A stretch of 64,000 nucleotides of DNA from Candidatus Latescibacterota bacterium (GTDB lineage: Bacteria; Latescibacterota; UBA2968). How positions within the stretch are numbered: the first letter of the stretch is position 1; each line of letters opens with the position of its first letter. Positions 21,771 to 31,100 of the stretch are shown one piece after another. A program made the translations under genes and the position numbers. The notes under the pieces were generated by a model. That model saw only the letters and a list, made by a program, of their open reading frames with translations, had not been told where the DNA came from and searched no databases. The stretch spans positions 3,968,001 to 4,032,000 of the forward strand of contig OZ220741.1 of the NCBI GenBank assembly GCA_965116885.1, read 5' to 3'.

Positions 21771-22721
21771 ATGAGCCAACCGCATCCGGAAATACAGAAA
21801 TTCGTACAGACATTTGAAAACGCGATGCACGATGATGGTCTGACTGATTTGCACAGCGGAGGGGTGGCAGCCGCAAGAGCCTTTAACGATTCGCGCAAAA
21901 TGCCAGATGATATGTTGCCGCCTATTTATCATGTGGAAGATAGCGCTATTTCAGGTGAAACGGGGGAGATCCCCATTCGCATTTATCGTCCGAACGACGA
22001 CCGCGAGTTGCCGCTTCTCATGTGGTTTCACGGCGGGGGATGGGTGCTGGGCGATCTGGATACTGGGGAGTTTAAATGCAGAAAACTCGCACACGATGTG
22101 GGGTGTGTTGTCGTTTCGGTTGATTATCGCTGTGCGCCAGAAACACCTTTCCCTGGTGCAATTGACGATTGTTTTGCCGCTACGTTATGGGCGGCGTCTT
22201 CAGCGGATGAATTGGGGGTTGATCCGTCCCACATTGCCGTGGCTGGCGATAGTGCCGGGGGCAATCTGGCCGCCTGTGTCGCCCTCCGCGCCCGAGATGC
22301 GGGATTAAATCTCGTTTTTCAATTGCTCGTTTATCCCGTTATTGAGGCAAATTTTGATCGTGCCTCTTATTCTGAAAATGCCGAGGGGTATTTGCTTACG
22401 GCCAGTGCGATGAAGTGGTTCTGGGATTGTTATGTTCCCAATATCGCAGACCGCAACCATCCCGATGTCGCGCCCATTTGCGCTTCTGATCTGTCTGGCT
22501 TGCCGCCCGCGCTGGTTATGACCGCTGAATTTGATCCCCTCCGCGATGAGGCTGAAGATTATGGCCAGGCCTTAAAAGCCGCAGGTGTTGACACTGTTAC
22601 ACGGCGTTATATTGGCATGACGCATGCGTTTTATATGTTGCCAACTGAAACTCCGGTTGCTGAAATTGACGCGGCGACCGATGAATCTACTGAGGCATTG
22701 CGCTGGGCTTTTAATAAGTAG
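21771..22721 (+). CDS. Alpha/beta hydrolase, HSL-like esterase/lipase
   Basis: HGGGW, GDSAGG, DPLRDE, catalytic H in MTHAF. Confidence 0.93.
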   Translation: MSQPHPEIQKFVQTFENAMHDDGLTDLHSGGVAAARAFNDSRKMPDDMLPPIYHVEDSAISGETGEIPIRIYRPNDDRELPLLMWFHGGGWVLGDLDTGEFKCRKLAHDVGCVVVSVDYRCAPETPFPGAIDDCFAATLWAASSADELGVDPSHIAVAGDSAGGNLAACVALRARDAGLNLVFQLLVYPVIEANFDRASYSENAEGYLLTASAMKWFWDCYVPNIADRNHPDVAPICASDLSGLPPALVMTAEFDPLRDEAEDYGQALKAAGVDTVTRRYIGMTHAFYMLPTETPVAEIDAATDESTEALRWAFNK

Positions 22722-22762
22722 TCAATTTCCTCACGCGACTGATCAACAACAGGAGACCATAT

Positions 22763-23827
22763 ATGTCGTCACTAAAAGAACAATACGTAGAAGAGGGATA
22801 CCTCGTTGTCAAAGATGTGCTCAATATCGAGCAGGATATTTATCCCTTGCAAAAAGCCTATTCTGCGCTCCTTGATGCGCTGGCGCGGATTTATCTGGTT
22901 GAGGCTAATTCTGAGGCACTGGATAGATTTGAAGAGATGTCTTTGCCCGAGCGGTTTGCGATGTCGCTCGGTGCGAGTCGGGGAACGGTTTTGCACCATC
23001 TCGATCCCGTGCTGAATATCTTTGTTTCGACTTTTCAGTGGCGCAAAGACCTGCCCGATGCGCGGATTCCCGAAATGTTTGCTCTTATGCGCCATCCAAA
23101 AGTCTTGGATGTTTTGGAAGTTCTTATCGGGTCGGAGATAGCTGCGTCGCCGATTTACCATTTTAATCTCAAACTCGCGCCCGATCATCTCAAGCTGGCA
23201 GACCAGGTGGCCGAGTCCGTGGGAGCAGATCTCTCAAAGGAGGGATTTTATACATTTCAGGTGGGCAAAACAGGATGGCACATGGACGCCGGTTCGGGCC
23301 TGAGAGATTCTCATGAGAGCGAGATTATCAATGCGTGGATTCCGATTACCCATGCGACCAAAGAAAATGGCTGCTTGGTGGTCATTCCCGGCAGTCACAA
23401 AGAAGGCGTCAAATACCATCCTTTTCCAGAAGATCTCGATGCGCAGGGAATTACTCTGCCCGTTGAGCCTGGAGATATTGTTTTTTTAGATAATAAAGTG
23501 ATGCACAGCTCTACGCCCAACACGAGCCGTGAAGATTATCGCTGGGCTTATAATTTCCGTTATTTGCCTATTGGGCAACCCTCTGGTCGTCCGTTTATAC
23601 CGGGTTTTGTTGCGCGCAGCCGCTCGGCTCCAGAAACAGAATTGCACAATGCCTATGTATGGAGCGCAATGTGGGTTCGCTGTCTGGATTATCTCACTGA
23701 AAAGGGCGCGCCCGCATCTTATGAAGACAGGAGCAAAATGGGCCTTGAAGAAGCGCAGGCGATTACCAGCCACTGGCGCGAACTCACCCCTGATGTGGAT
23801 GGTTGGTTGCGCTTGGGGAAGGATTGA
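22763..23827 (+). CDS. Phytanoyl-CoA dioxygenase (PhyH) family Fe(II)/2-oxoglutarate oxygenase
   Basis: WHMD, WIPIT.AT.ENGCL..IPGSHK, MHSS.PN.S...R. Confidence 0.88.
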   Translation: MSSLKEQYVEEGYLVVKDVLNIEQDIYPLQKAYSALLDALARIYLVEANSEALDRFEEMSLPERFAMSLGASRGTVLHHLDPVLNIFVSTFQWRKDLPDARIPEMFALMRHPKVLDVLEVLIGSEIAASPIYHFNLKLAPDHLKLADQVAESVGADLSKEGFYTFQVGKTGWHMDAGSGLRDSHESEIINAWIPITHATKENGCLVVIPGSHKEGVKYHPFPEDLDAQGITLPVEPGDIVFLDNKVMHSSTPNTSREDYRWAYNFRYLPIGQPSGRPFIPGFVARSRSAPETELHNAYVWSAMWVRCLDYLTEKGAPASYEDRSKMGLEEAQAITSHWRELTPDVDGWLRLGKD

Positions 23828-23828
23828 T

Positions 23829-24788
23829 ATGGATAAGGTAAAAATTGGTATTATCGGTCTCGGTTCTTTTTGTTCGGGCTATCACATTCCGAATTTACTC
23901 AAGAGGTCGGATGTAGAAGTCACGGCGGTTTGCGATATTTCTCAGGCGTGTTTGGACGGGCGCGATAGGAGGTTGCGGGATAGTCGGGTATTTACCGATT
24001 ATCGCGATATGCTCGATCCGGATTTGATTGATGGCGTTTTTGTCAGTACGCCCAATCGGGCGCACTTCGCGTCCTGCAAGTTGGCGCTTGAGCGCGGTAT
24101 TCCGGCGATTGTCGATAAACCGATTACAGTGACAGTGGAAGATGCCGAGGAACTCGTCGGGTTGAGCAAGTCGCAAAATTGCATTTTGATGACGGCGTTC
24201 ACGCGTCATTTTATGTCCAGTACGGAATACGTGCGAAGGCAAATCGCGTCGGGTGCGATCACGCCGCAAATGCTCACGGCTGTCCAGCGGCAAAGTCCTG
24301 TCAAGCGCGGTATCGAAGACGGGGGCATGTTGCATCGGCGCACGATTCACATTACAGATGTTTTGCCGTGGATCACGGGCAAGCGCGTGGTCAGAGTGGA
24401 GGGCAAAATTCAATACGAGACCGGGCATATAGAGGAAACGCTGGTGGATATGCGTCTCGAATTTGAAGGGGGATTGTGCGCCAGTCTGCTCTGTATCAAG
24501 ACTTGCGACGAAAATCAGGATGAAGTCAACATATATACTGACAAGCAGAGTTATCGCTTGGAACGCGAGCGTCTCTACACGATTAAGCGCAGGGATGGCT
24601 GGCAACGCGTGGAGAATCTGCCCGAATACGGCAATTCGAGCGATCACTTTGTCGAGGCGATTAAAGGCAATCGTCCCGATCCCGATGCTCCCTTTGCCGA
24701 TCCGCACAGCGAAGACGGATTGCAAGCCCTGCGCATTGTTTTTGCTATGCACAAAGCGGCTCAAACAGGGCGTGTGGTGGATGTTTAA
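23829..24788 (+). CDS. Gfo/Idh/MocA oxidoreductase
   Basis: GIIGLG, STPN..H, IVDKP; ATG one base after the upstream stop. Confidence 0.87.
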   Translation: MDKVKIGIIGLGSFCSGYHIPNLLKRSDVEVTAVCDISQACLDGRDRRLRDSRVFTDYRDMLDPDLIDGVFVSTPNRAHFASCKLALERGIPAIVDKPITVTVEDAEELVGLSKSQNCILMTAFTRHFMSSTEYVRRQIASGAITPQMLTAVQRQSPVKRGIEDGGMLHRRTIHITDVLPWITGKRVVRVEGKIQYETGHIEETLVDMRLEFEGGLCASLLCIKTCDENQDEVNIYTDKQSYRLERERLYTIKRRDGWQRVENLPEYGNSSDHFVEAIKGNRPDPDAPFADPHSEDGLQALRIVFAMHKAAQTGRVVDV

Positions 24789-24817
24789 ATTGATGACACC
24801 TAAAATAGGAAACAAAA

Positions 24818-26308
24818 ATGCCTTCTCAACCGAACATCGTTTTTATTCACGCCGAGAGCATGGATGGGCGAAAGATGGGCTGTATGGGCCATCCCGCCAT
24901 GCAAAATGCCACGCCCAATATGGATCGCCTCGCGAGTGATGGGGTGCTGTTTACCAATGCGTACACCAATTGTCCGGTGTGCAATCCGTCGCGGGCGAGC
25001 ATGTGGAGTGGAAAATATCCCAATTATTACGATTGCTGGAATAATCACGAAGGGCTACACGAGAATGTGCCCACGTATCAAAATACATTTGAGAGCGCGG
25101 GCTATCAGACCTCTGCTATCGGTCCTATCGATTACGCTTATGGCAAACACTCCATCCGAGATCGCATTGGCTCGTGGACGCGCGCGGCCAATATTCGCCG
25201 GCCTTTGTGTCGCACGACCTTGCCGCAAGTTGTAGATGATGGCAAGGCGAATGGGCGCGATTGGGATCGGACATATCAGGCAGTTGATCAACTGCATCAA
25301 TACGCCAGGAGCGACCGGCCCTTCTGGCTTTATCTCACTACGGGATTGGTGCATCCCGCATTTACTGCGGAGAAACGCCACATGCCGTTGATCGATGCGG
25401 ATAAGGTCGATATTCCGCCGACTTTGATGCCGCTTGAAGCTACGCACAATCAGGCGATTGCGTATCAACGCGTGACCAAAAATTGCGATAAACAGTTCTC
25501 TGAGAATATCGTTCGAGAGATTCGGCACACCTATTTTGCAATGATCGCCGCGCTTGATGAGATGGTTGGTCGGGTGCTTCAGACTGTCGATGATCTGGGG
25601 TTGCGCGATAATACGTATGTCATTTTTTCGAGCGATCACGGCGAAATGGCTGGCGATCAAAATCAGATTCTCAAGCGCTCGATGTACGAGGCATCATCCC
25701 ACGTTCCTCTCATTATTCGCGGTCCCGATGTGCAAAAAGGCGTTGTCGTCGATACGCCCGTTTCTCTCGTTGATCTATATCCCACATTTATGGATATGGC
25801 GCGTATTCGCTATGACGATTATGCGGATAATGCCGCGTACCCCGATGCGCTGGACGGAGAATCTCTATTTCCGCAACTCGTCGAGGGGGCGGGGCGCGAA
25901 CGCGATTGGGCGATGTGCGAATACCACGGCGACCGCTGTGCCACAGGCACGTTTATGTTGCGCCAGGGCGATTGGAAATACGTCAAGCACACGGGTTTTG
26001 ACTCCGAGCTCTTCAATCTCAAAGACGACCCCGATGAAACGACGGATCTCGTCCATGACAAACCGGAAATTGCCCGCGAATTGGATCGGGTGCTGACCGA
26101 GAGTTTTGATTGCGAAGGCATTGATGCGCGGGCGAAAGAATACGACCGCGAGAGTTTTGTCGCATGGCGCGAGCAGGCGCAACAAGAAGGTATTTATGAG
26201 GATACAATGGCGCTCGTCTATAGCGGTCATGATCGCATTTGTATTGAGGATATTGCGCCGTGGACAGATGGGGATGAACAGCAGATTGAAGCGTGGCTGG
26301 ACGAATAG
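24818..26308 (+). CDS. Cys-type sulfatase (choline-sulfatase/arylsulfatase K-like)
   Basis: CNPSRAS, VHP.F, SSDHGE, KRSMYE, ELFNL..DPDE. Confidence 0.9.
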   Translation: MPSQPNIVFIHAESMDGRKMGCMGHPAMQNATPNMDRLASDGVLFTNAYTNCPVCNPSRASMWSGKYPNYYDCWNNHEGLHENVPTYQNTFESAGYQTSAIGPIDYAYGKHSIRDRIGSWTRAANIRRPLCRTTLPQVVDDGKANGRDWDRTYQAVDQLHQYARSDRPFWLYLTTGLVHPAFTAEKRHMPLIDADKVDIPPTLMPLEATHNQAIAYQRVTKNCDKQFSENIVREIRHTYFAMIAALDEMVGRVLQTVDDLGLRDNTYVIFSSDHGEMAGDQNQILKRSMYEASSHVPLIIRGPDVQKGVVVDTPVSLVDLYPTFMDMARIRYDDYADNAAYPDALDGESLFPQLVEGAGRERDWAMCEYHGDRCATGTFMLRQGDWKYVKHTGFDSELFNLKDDPDETTDLVHDKPEIARELDRVLTESFDCEGIDARAKEYDRESFVAWREQAQQEGIYEDTMALVYSGHDRICIEDIAPWTDGDEQQIEAWLDE

Positions 26309-26388
26309 ACGAATCAACGAATCAACGAATAGACGAATAGACGAATCAACGAATCAACGAATAGACGAATAGACGAATCAACGAATCC
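26301..26388 (+). repeat. 11-unit 8-bp tandem array ACGAAT(AG/CA)
   Basis: Unit order AG,CA,CA,AG,AG,CA,CA,AG,AG,CA,CC; the first unit contains the sulfatase TAG stop. Confidence 0.95.
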
Positions 26389-26442
26389 CACCCTGCTACC
26401 CAGAGGCGTTACAAACCCTGTCGTAGATTCGCATTTACTAAC

Positions 26443-26802
26443 ATGGCTACTGCACTTCTTATTGTCGATCACGGGTCGAGGCGCGAAGAAGCAAATCAGA
26501 TGCTTTACGGCGTTGCCGATATTCTGCGTCAAGAACGTCCCGAGATCATTGTTCACGTCGCACATATGGAACTGGCCGAACCCACTATCAGCCAGGGCAT
26601 TGAGGCCTGTGTGCGCGAGGGGGCGAGTGAGATTATTGTTCATCCCTATATGTTGTCTCCCGGACGCCATGCCACGGAGGATATTCCGCGTATGGCAACT
26701 GAAGCGGGGGCTGCGTATCCAGATGTAAGTATCCGCGTTACCGAACCTCTGGGCCTGCACGAAAAACTATGTGAAGTTATTCTCCAACGCGCCGGGTTGT
26801 GA
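26443..26802 (+). CDS. Small CbiX/SirB-type sirohydrochlorin chelatase domain protein
   Basis: VDHGSR, AHMELAEP, PYMLSPGRH...DIP, EPLG.H. Confidence 0.9.
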   Translation: MATALLIVDHGSRREEANQMLYGVADILRQERPEIIVHVAHMELAEPTISQGIEACVREGASEIIVHPYMLSPGRHATEDIPRMATEAGAAYPDVSIRVTEPLGLHEKLCEVILQRAGL

Positions 26803-26817
26803 GGGGAAGACGATTCT

Positions 26818-28059
26818 ATGTCCACAGAAACCGCGCCATCGTTTCGCTCTATCCCAAGAGGGTCGTTTCGGCCTGTCTTTTATATTACCGCTGCACACAT
26901 GGCGTTGGATTTTTATATGGTCCTCACGCCGCCATTGTGGGCTTTTTTTCAGAGTCATTACAATCTCACGGTGGCGCAGTTTGCCTATTTGCCCACGGTG
27001 ATTGTCTTTTGCGGTTCTATCGCGCAGCCCTTTATGGGCTATTTTAGCGATGGACGCGATCGCATGGCCCTCGCTGCGCTGGGACTTTTTGCCACGGGCA
27101 TTTTTGTCTCTTGTATCGGCTTTGCACCCACCGTTTATATACTCGCTGCTTTTTTAATTTTCGCGTCTTTTGGGTCCTCCCTTTTTCATCCCACCGCCGG
27201 GGGATTGGTTACGGCTTTAACGCCACATCGAGCCAATCTGGCTATGGCCATCTTTCTCACAGGGGGGACGCTCGGCATGGCGCTCGCTTCAATTACCGGA
27301 ACGCAAATTGTCGAGCGATACGGCATCGAATATTTGTGGCTTATTGTCATCCCCGCCTTGATTCTCGCGCCATTTATCCTGTGGCAATCTCGAAAAGTTC
27401 CCGTGCATGAACGCCGCGTAACTGCGGGTAAAATCGATTTCTCGATTTTGAGAAATACCCGCTCTCTGCGGACGCTTTTTGCTTTTTTGAACAAAACCCA
27501 CTCTCTGTGGACGCTTTTTGCCATTAGTGTTTTGCGCTCTATTATTCACACGGGGTTTGTCAGTTTTACAGCTATTCTGGGGGCGTCTCGCGGTTGGACT
27601 ACCAGTGAGATCGGTTGGGTTTTTTCCTGTTATTTGCTTTCCAGCACGTTGGGACGTATCACGGGTGGTTATCTGGCAGATCGCATGTCTCAGCGCAAGC
27701 TTCTGGCTTTTTCGTGTGCTTCATCCGCAATTTTTCACGCGGGTTTTTGTCTGACAGATGGGTACGTGTCGCTTATTTCGTTTTTTGTGGCGGGGTATTT
27801 GTTCGATCTCGGTATTACGACGAATATATCTTTGGCGCAACGCGCCCTGCCGCACAATACGAGTACGGCGACGGGATTGGTGATGGGTTTTTCCTGGAGC
27901 ATGGCGGGCCTTGCGATGATCGGCGTGGGGAGCCTTGCCGAGTGGACCTCTACTGCTACTGCGCTTGTGGTTGTCTCCATGGTGCTCATTCCGGCAGCTT
28001 TTCTGGTCGCACTGCTACCTTCTGAGTATGGTGAGGTGGTTAGAAGTGGAAAAAAATAA
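26818..28059 (+). CDS. MFS transporter (Fsr-like)
   Basis: About 12 TM segments, GYFSDGR and GYLADR motif A, SLFHP. Confidence 0.88.
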   Translation: MSTETAPSFRSIPRGSFRPVFYITAAHMALDFYMVLTPPLWAFFQSHYNLTVAQFAYLPTVIVFCGSIAQPFMGYFSDGRDRMALAALGLFATGIFVSCIGFAPTVYILAAFLIFASFGSSLFHPTAGGLVTALTPHRANLAMAIFLTGGTLGMALASITGTQIVERYGIEYLWLIVIPALILAPFILWQSRKVPVHERRVTAGKIDFSILRNTRSLRTLFAFLNKTHSLWTLFAISVLRSIIHTGFVSFTAILGASRGWTTSEIGWVFSCYLLSSTLGRITGGYLADRMSQRKLLAFSCASSAIFHAGFCLTDGYVSLISFFVAGYLFDLGITTNISLAQRALPHNTSTATGLVMGFSWSMAGLAMIGVGSLAEWTSTATALVVVSMVLIPAAFLVALLPSEYGEVVRSGKK

Positions 28060-28073
28060 AAGGCGAGGCGAAT

Positions 28074-28148
28074 CCGCAGATGGCGCAGATGGACGCAGAT
28101 TAAAAGCGAGAAGTGGGATGGCTCACACGAAGACACAGAGATACGGAG
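28074..28148 (+). repeat. Degenerate CGCAGAT and CAC(A/G)(A/G)AG short repeats
   Basis: CCGCAGATGGCGCAGATGGACGCAGAT ... CACACGAAGACACAGAGATACGGAG. Confidence 0.6.
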
Positions 28149-31100
28149 AAAGGCGGGAACTGAGGTGGTGTTACGCGCTTGCTGTGGTTATTAGTGTTTG
28201 CTTTTCACAGATAGCGCACGCGCAACCCGCGTATTCTCCCGGGCAGATTCTCGTCAAGTTTCGCAGCGGAAAGCCGGCATTTTCACAATTCCGCGACCTA
28301 TCAGAGCACCATGGCGTGACGAAAATTGAGCCGCTTTTTACGCCGCGAAGTGCCAAGGCTGTTTATCCCCATCCTTTAACTCAGGTGTACCGCGTGCGCT
28401 TGTCGGGTGATCCAATCGAAGCCGCAGCCGATTACGCATTGCGTCCCGATGTTGTGTACGCGCAGCCCAATTATTTGTTTACGCACCACCAGGTGCCCAA
28501 TGACCCGCGCTACAGAGATCAATATAGCCTTCAGGTCCTTGATTGGGAGCTGCTGCAACAAAATCTCGGTCCCATTCAAAAACAGATCATTGTCGCGATC
28601 ATCGATTCTGGTGTCGATTATAACCACGAAGACTTGCGCGATAATATCTGGCACAATGCCGCAGAAGTAGGCGGTGCGTCTGGTGTTGATGACGATGGGA
28701 ATGGGTATATCGACGATATAAGGGGCTGGGATTTCACCCATGCGCCCGATCTGCCGGGGATGGGGGATTATCTCATGCGAGATAATGATCCGCAGGATGA
28801 ATCGGCGCACGGTACGCGGGTTGCCGGAATTGTTGCAGCCGCGGCAAATAACAATCGAGGTATTGCCGGTATTGCGCCCAATGCGCAGATTATGGCGCTG
28901 CGGGCGGGGCTGAGACGGCTTGGCGGCATTGGCTTTCTCGAAGAAGATGATATCGCTGCGGCTATTCTCTATGCCATAGAAAATGGCGCGCATGTTATTA
29001 ATATGAGTTTGGGGGGGCCTGAGCGCACTTTTATCCTGGGCGATGTGATCCAATACGCGCATGCTCAGGGCGTTGTACTCGTGGCCTCTGCGGGCAACTC
29101 AGGTGATGAGTTGGGTTATCCCGCGGGCAACCACTATACGATTGCCGTAGGTGCGGTGAACTCCGCCGACCGCCTGGCGAGTTTTAGCAGTACGGGCGCG
29201 TCACTCGATCTGGTTGCACCAGGTGTCAATATCCTCAGCACACGCCTCGACAATCGCTATGCTTCAGGCTCTGGCACTTCTTTTTCTGCGCCTCATATAT
29301 CCGGTTTGGTCGCGTTGATTCTCTCGCGTCGGCCCGATGTTTCGCCTCATTCTGTGCGCAATTTGCTCATTGCATCTGCAATTGACCTGGGTCCGTTGGG
29401 ACATGACAATGACTATGGCGCAGGGCGCGTGAGTGGCGCGCGACTCGCGAACCGTCTGAGTACTTTCGATTCACTGACGGTTGCGATACAATCTCCCGCC
29501 AATGACGAGGGGGAAGATACCTCGTTTGATATTCGCGCTTCTGTTTTGGGCGCGCAGGTCACGGGTTATCGCCTGTCTTATGGCATGGGACACAATCCAC
29601 AAACATGGACACTTCTTTCAGAAGGGGCGGCTTCTCAGGACATTCGCTATACATGGGATGTTTCTGCTTTTGCAAATTCTGATGTGGTTCTGCGACTCGA
29701 GGCAGATTTGTCGGATGGCGTGGTCGTGGAAGACCGCGTTCGCGTTGGCATTGAAAAAGTAGCACCCTCTATCACTGCACTTGCATGTGGCGATGTATTA
29801 GAGGACGACCGCCGTGTTTTTGAATGTCGCTGGCGAACTGATCAGCGCGCACACGGGGGTATTGCCTATCGCTATGGCGCGGATTTTGATACTCTGTACA
29901 CTGGTCTGGTGCAAAACAAACACCGCGTTGTTTTACCCCATACATTGCCTGCAGGTGTTGTGACATTCCGCGTTTTGGCCGATGGAGAAAACAATATCCG
30001 CGCGGTGCATCCGGCGCAGACAATTGATTATGTTCCTTTTCGCGTTCCGCAAAATGGCTTTGTGGAAAGGGGCATATTGCCCGATGGTTTTTTGCCCGAT
30101 CGCGCGTCGGATTTTGACCGCGATGGCAGGCTGGAAATCGCGCTTATGCCCTATGCTATAGGCGATTCTTACGGCCCAGTGCATATTTACGAACGCCAGA
30201 CGGATGGTACATTTACCGATGAATTTCAAAGCGATGAGCGTTTTTTGCCCTGGGCAATTGGCGATATTACAAATGACGGGACTGATGATTTATTGGGTGT
30301 GACTTATGAGCGTCTTGTGCTTTTTACAGATAGCTTTTCCGATCCCTATCCCACTCAGGTAGAATTTGAACAGAGCGGTACATGGGGAGGCGATTTTGCC
30401 GATGTGGATGGCGATAGCATTCCCGATATTATCGCTCGCGCAGGTGATCAGCGCGGTATCCGCGTGATTCGCAATCTCGGCAGTGTGATCCGCGAGGAGG
30501 TGTTTCTCGTTGATCCTTCGGAAGGTGGTGGAGACCCCGGTCCGCGCTTTGTGGTTGCGGATTTCGATCGGGACGAGCAACGGGAAATTCTCGCTGGCGA
30601 TGCAGATGGCGATCTCTGGATGTACGAATATCGCGCGGGAAGATACGAGCAGACATGGTACTTGCCGGGCGATGGAGATGCGCGCTGGATCGGCGGAGGT
30701 GTGGATTTGGACGGCGATGGGGTAGTCGAATTTGCCGTTGCACGCGCCTATACAGATGCGTATGATCCTTCCAATGGTTTCTGGGAATTGGAGATTTACA
30801 GTATGCGTGCGCCCGATACTTATGCGCGCGAATGGACTACGCGGATCAACGGCGTGGCGACTACGGGCAATGGGATTTCAGCAGGGGATGTCGATGGGGA
30901 TGGTCTGGCTGATTTGATAGTATGCCTGCGCCCCGATCTCTATGCTTTTTGCGCAGAGAAGCCCGATTACTATCGTCCGATCTGGCATACGCCAGTGGGT
31001 TTGATGCGACGCGCACTCATTGCCGATCTGGACAAAGATTTTCGCAATGAGGTACTTTTTAATTTTGATGGCGCAGTGCATATTGTTGAACGCGATGAAC

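Noticed and set aside
23529..23828. Extended N-termini given by the ORF track (also 27935, 31626, 39850, 44289, 2176, 19196)
   Set aside because: They overlap neighbouring genes; downstream starts with RBS or stop-start coupling match the family N-termini better.
26106..26372. 88-aa ORF ending RRINESTNRRIDESTNQRIDE
   Set aside because: Off-frame overlap of the sulfatase plus translation of the octamer array; not a credible protein.
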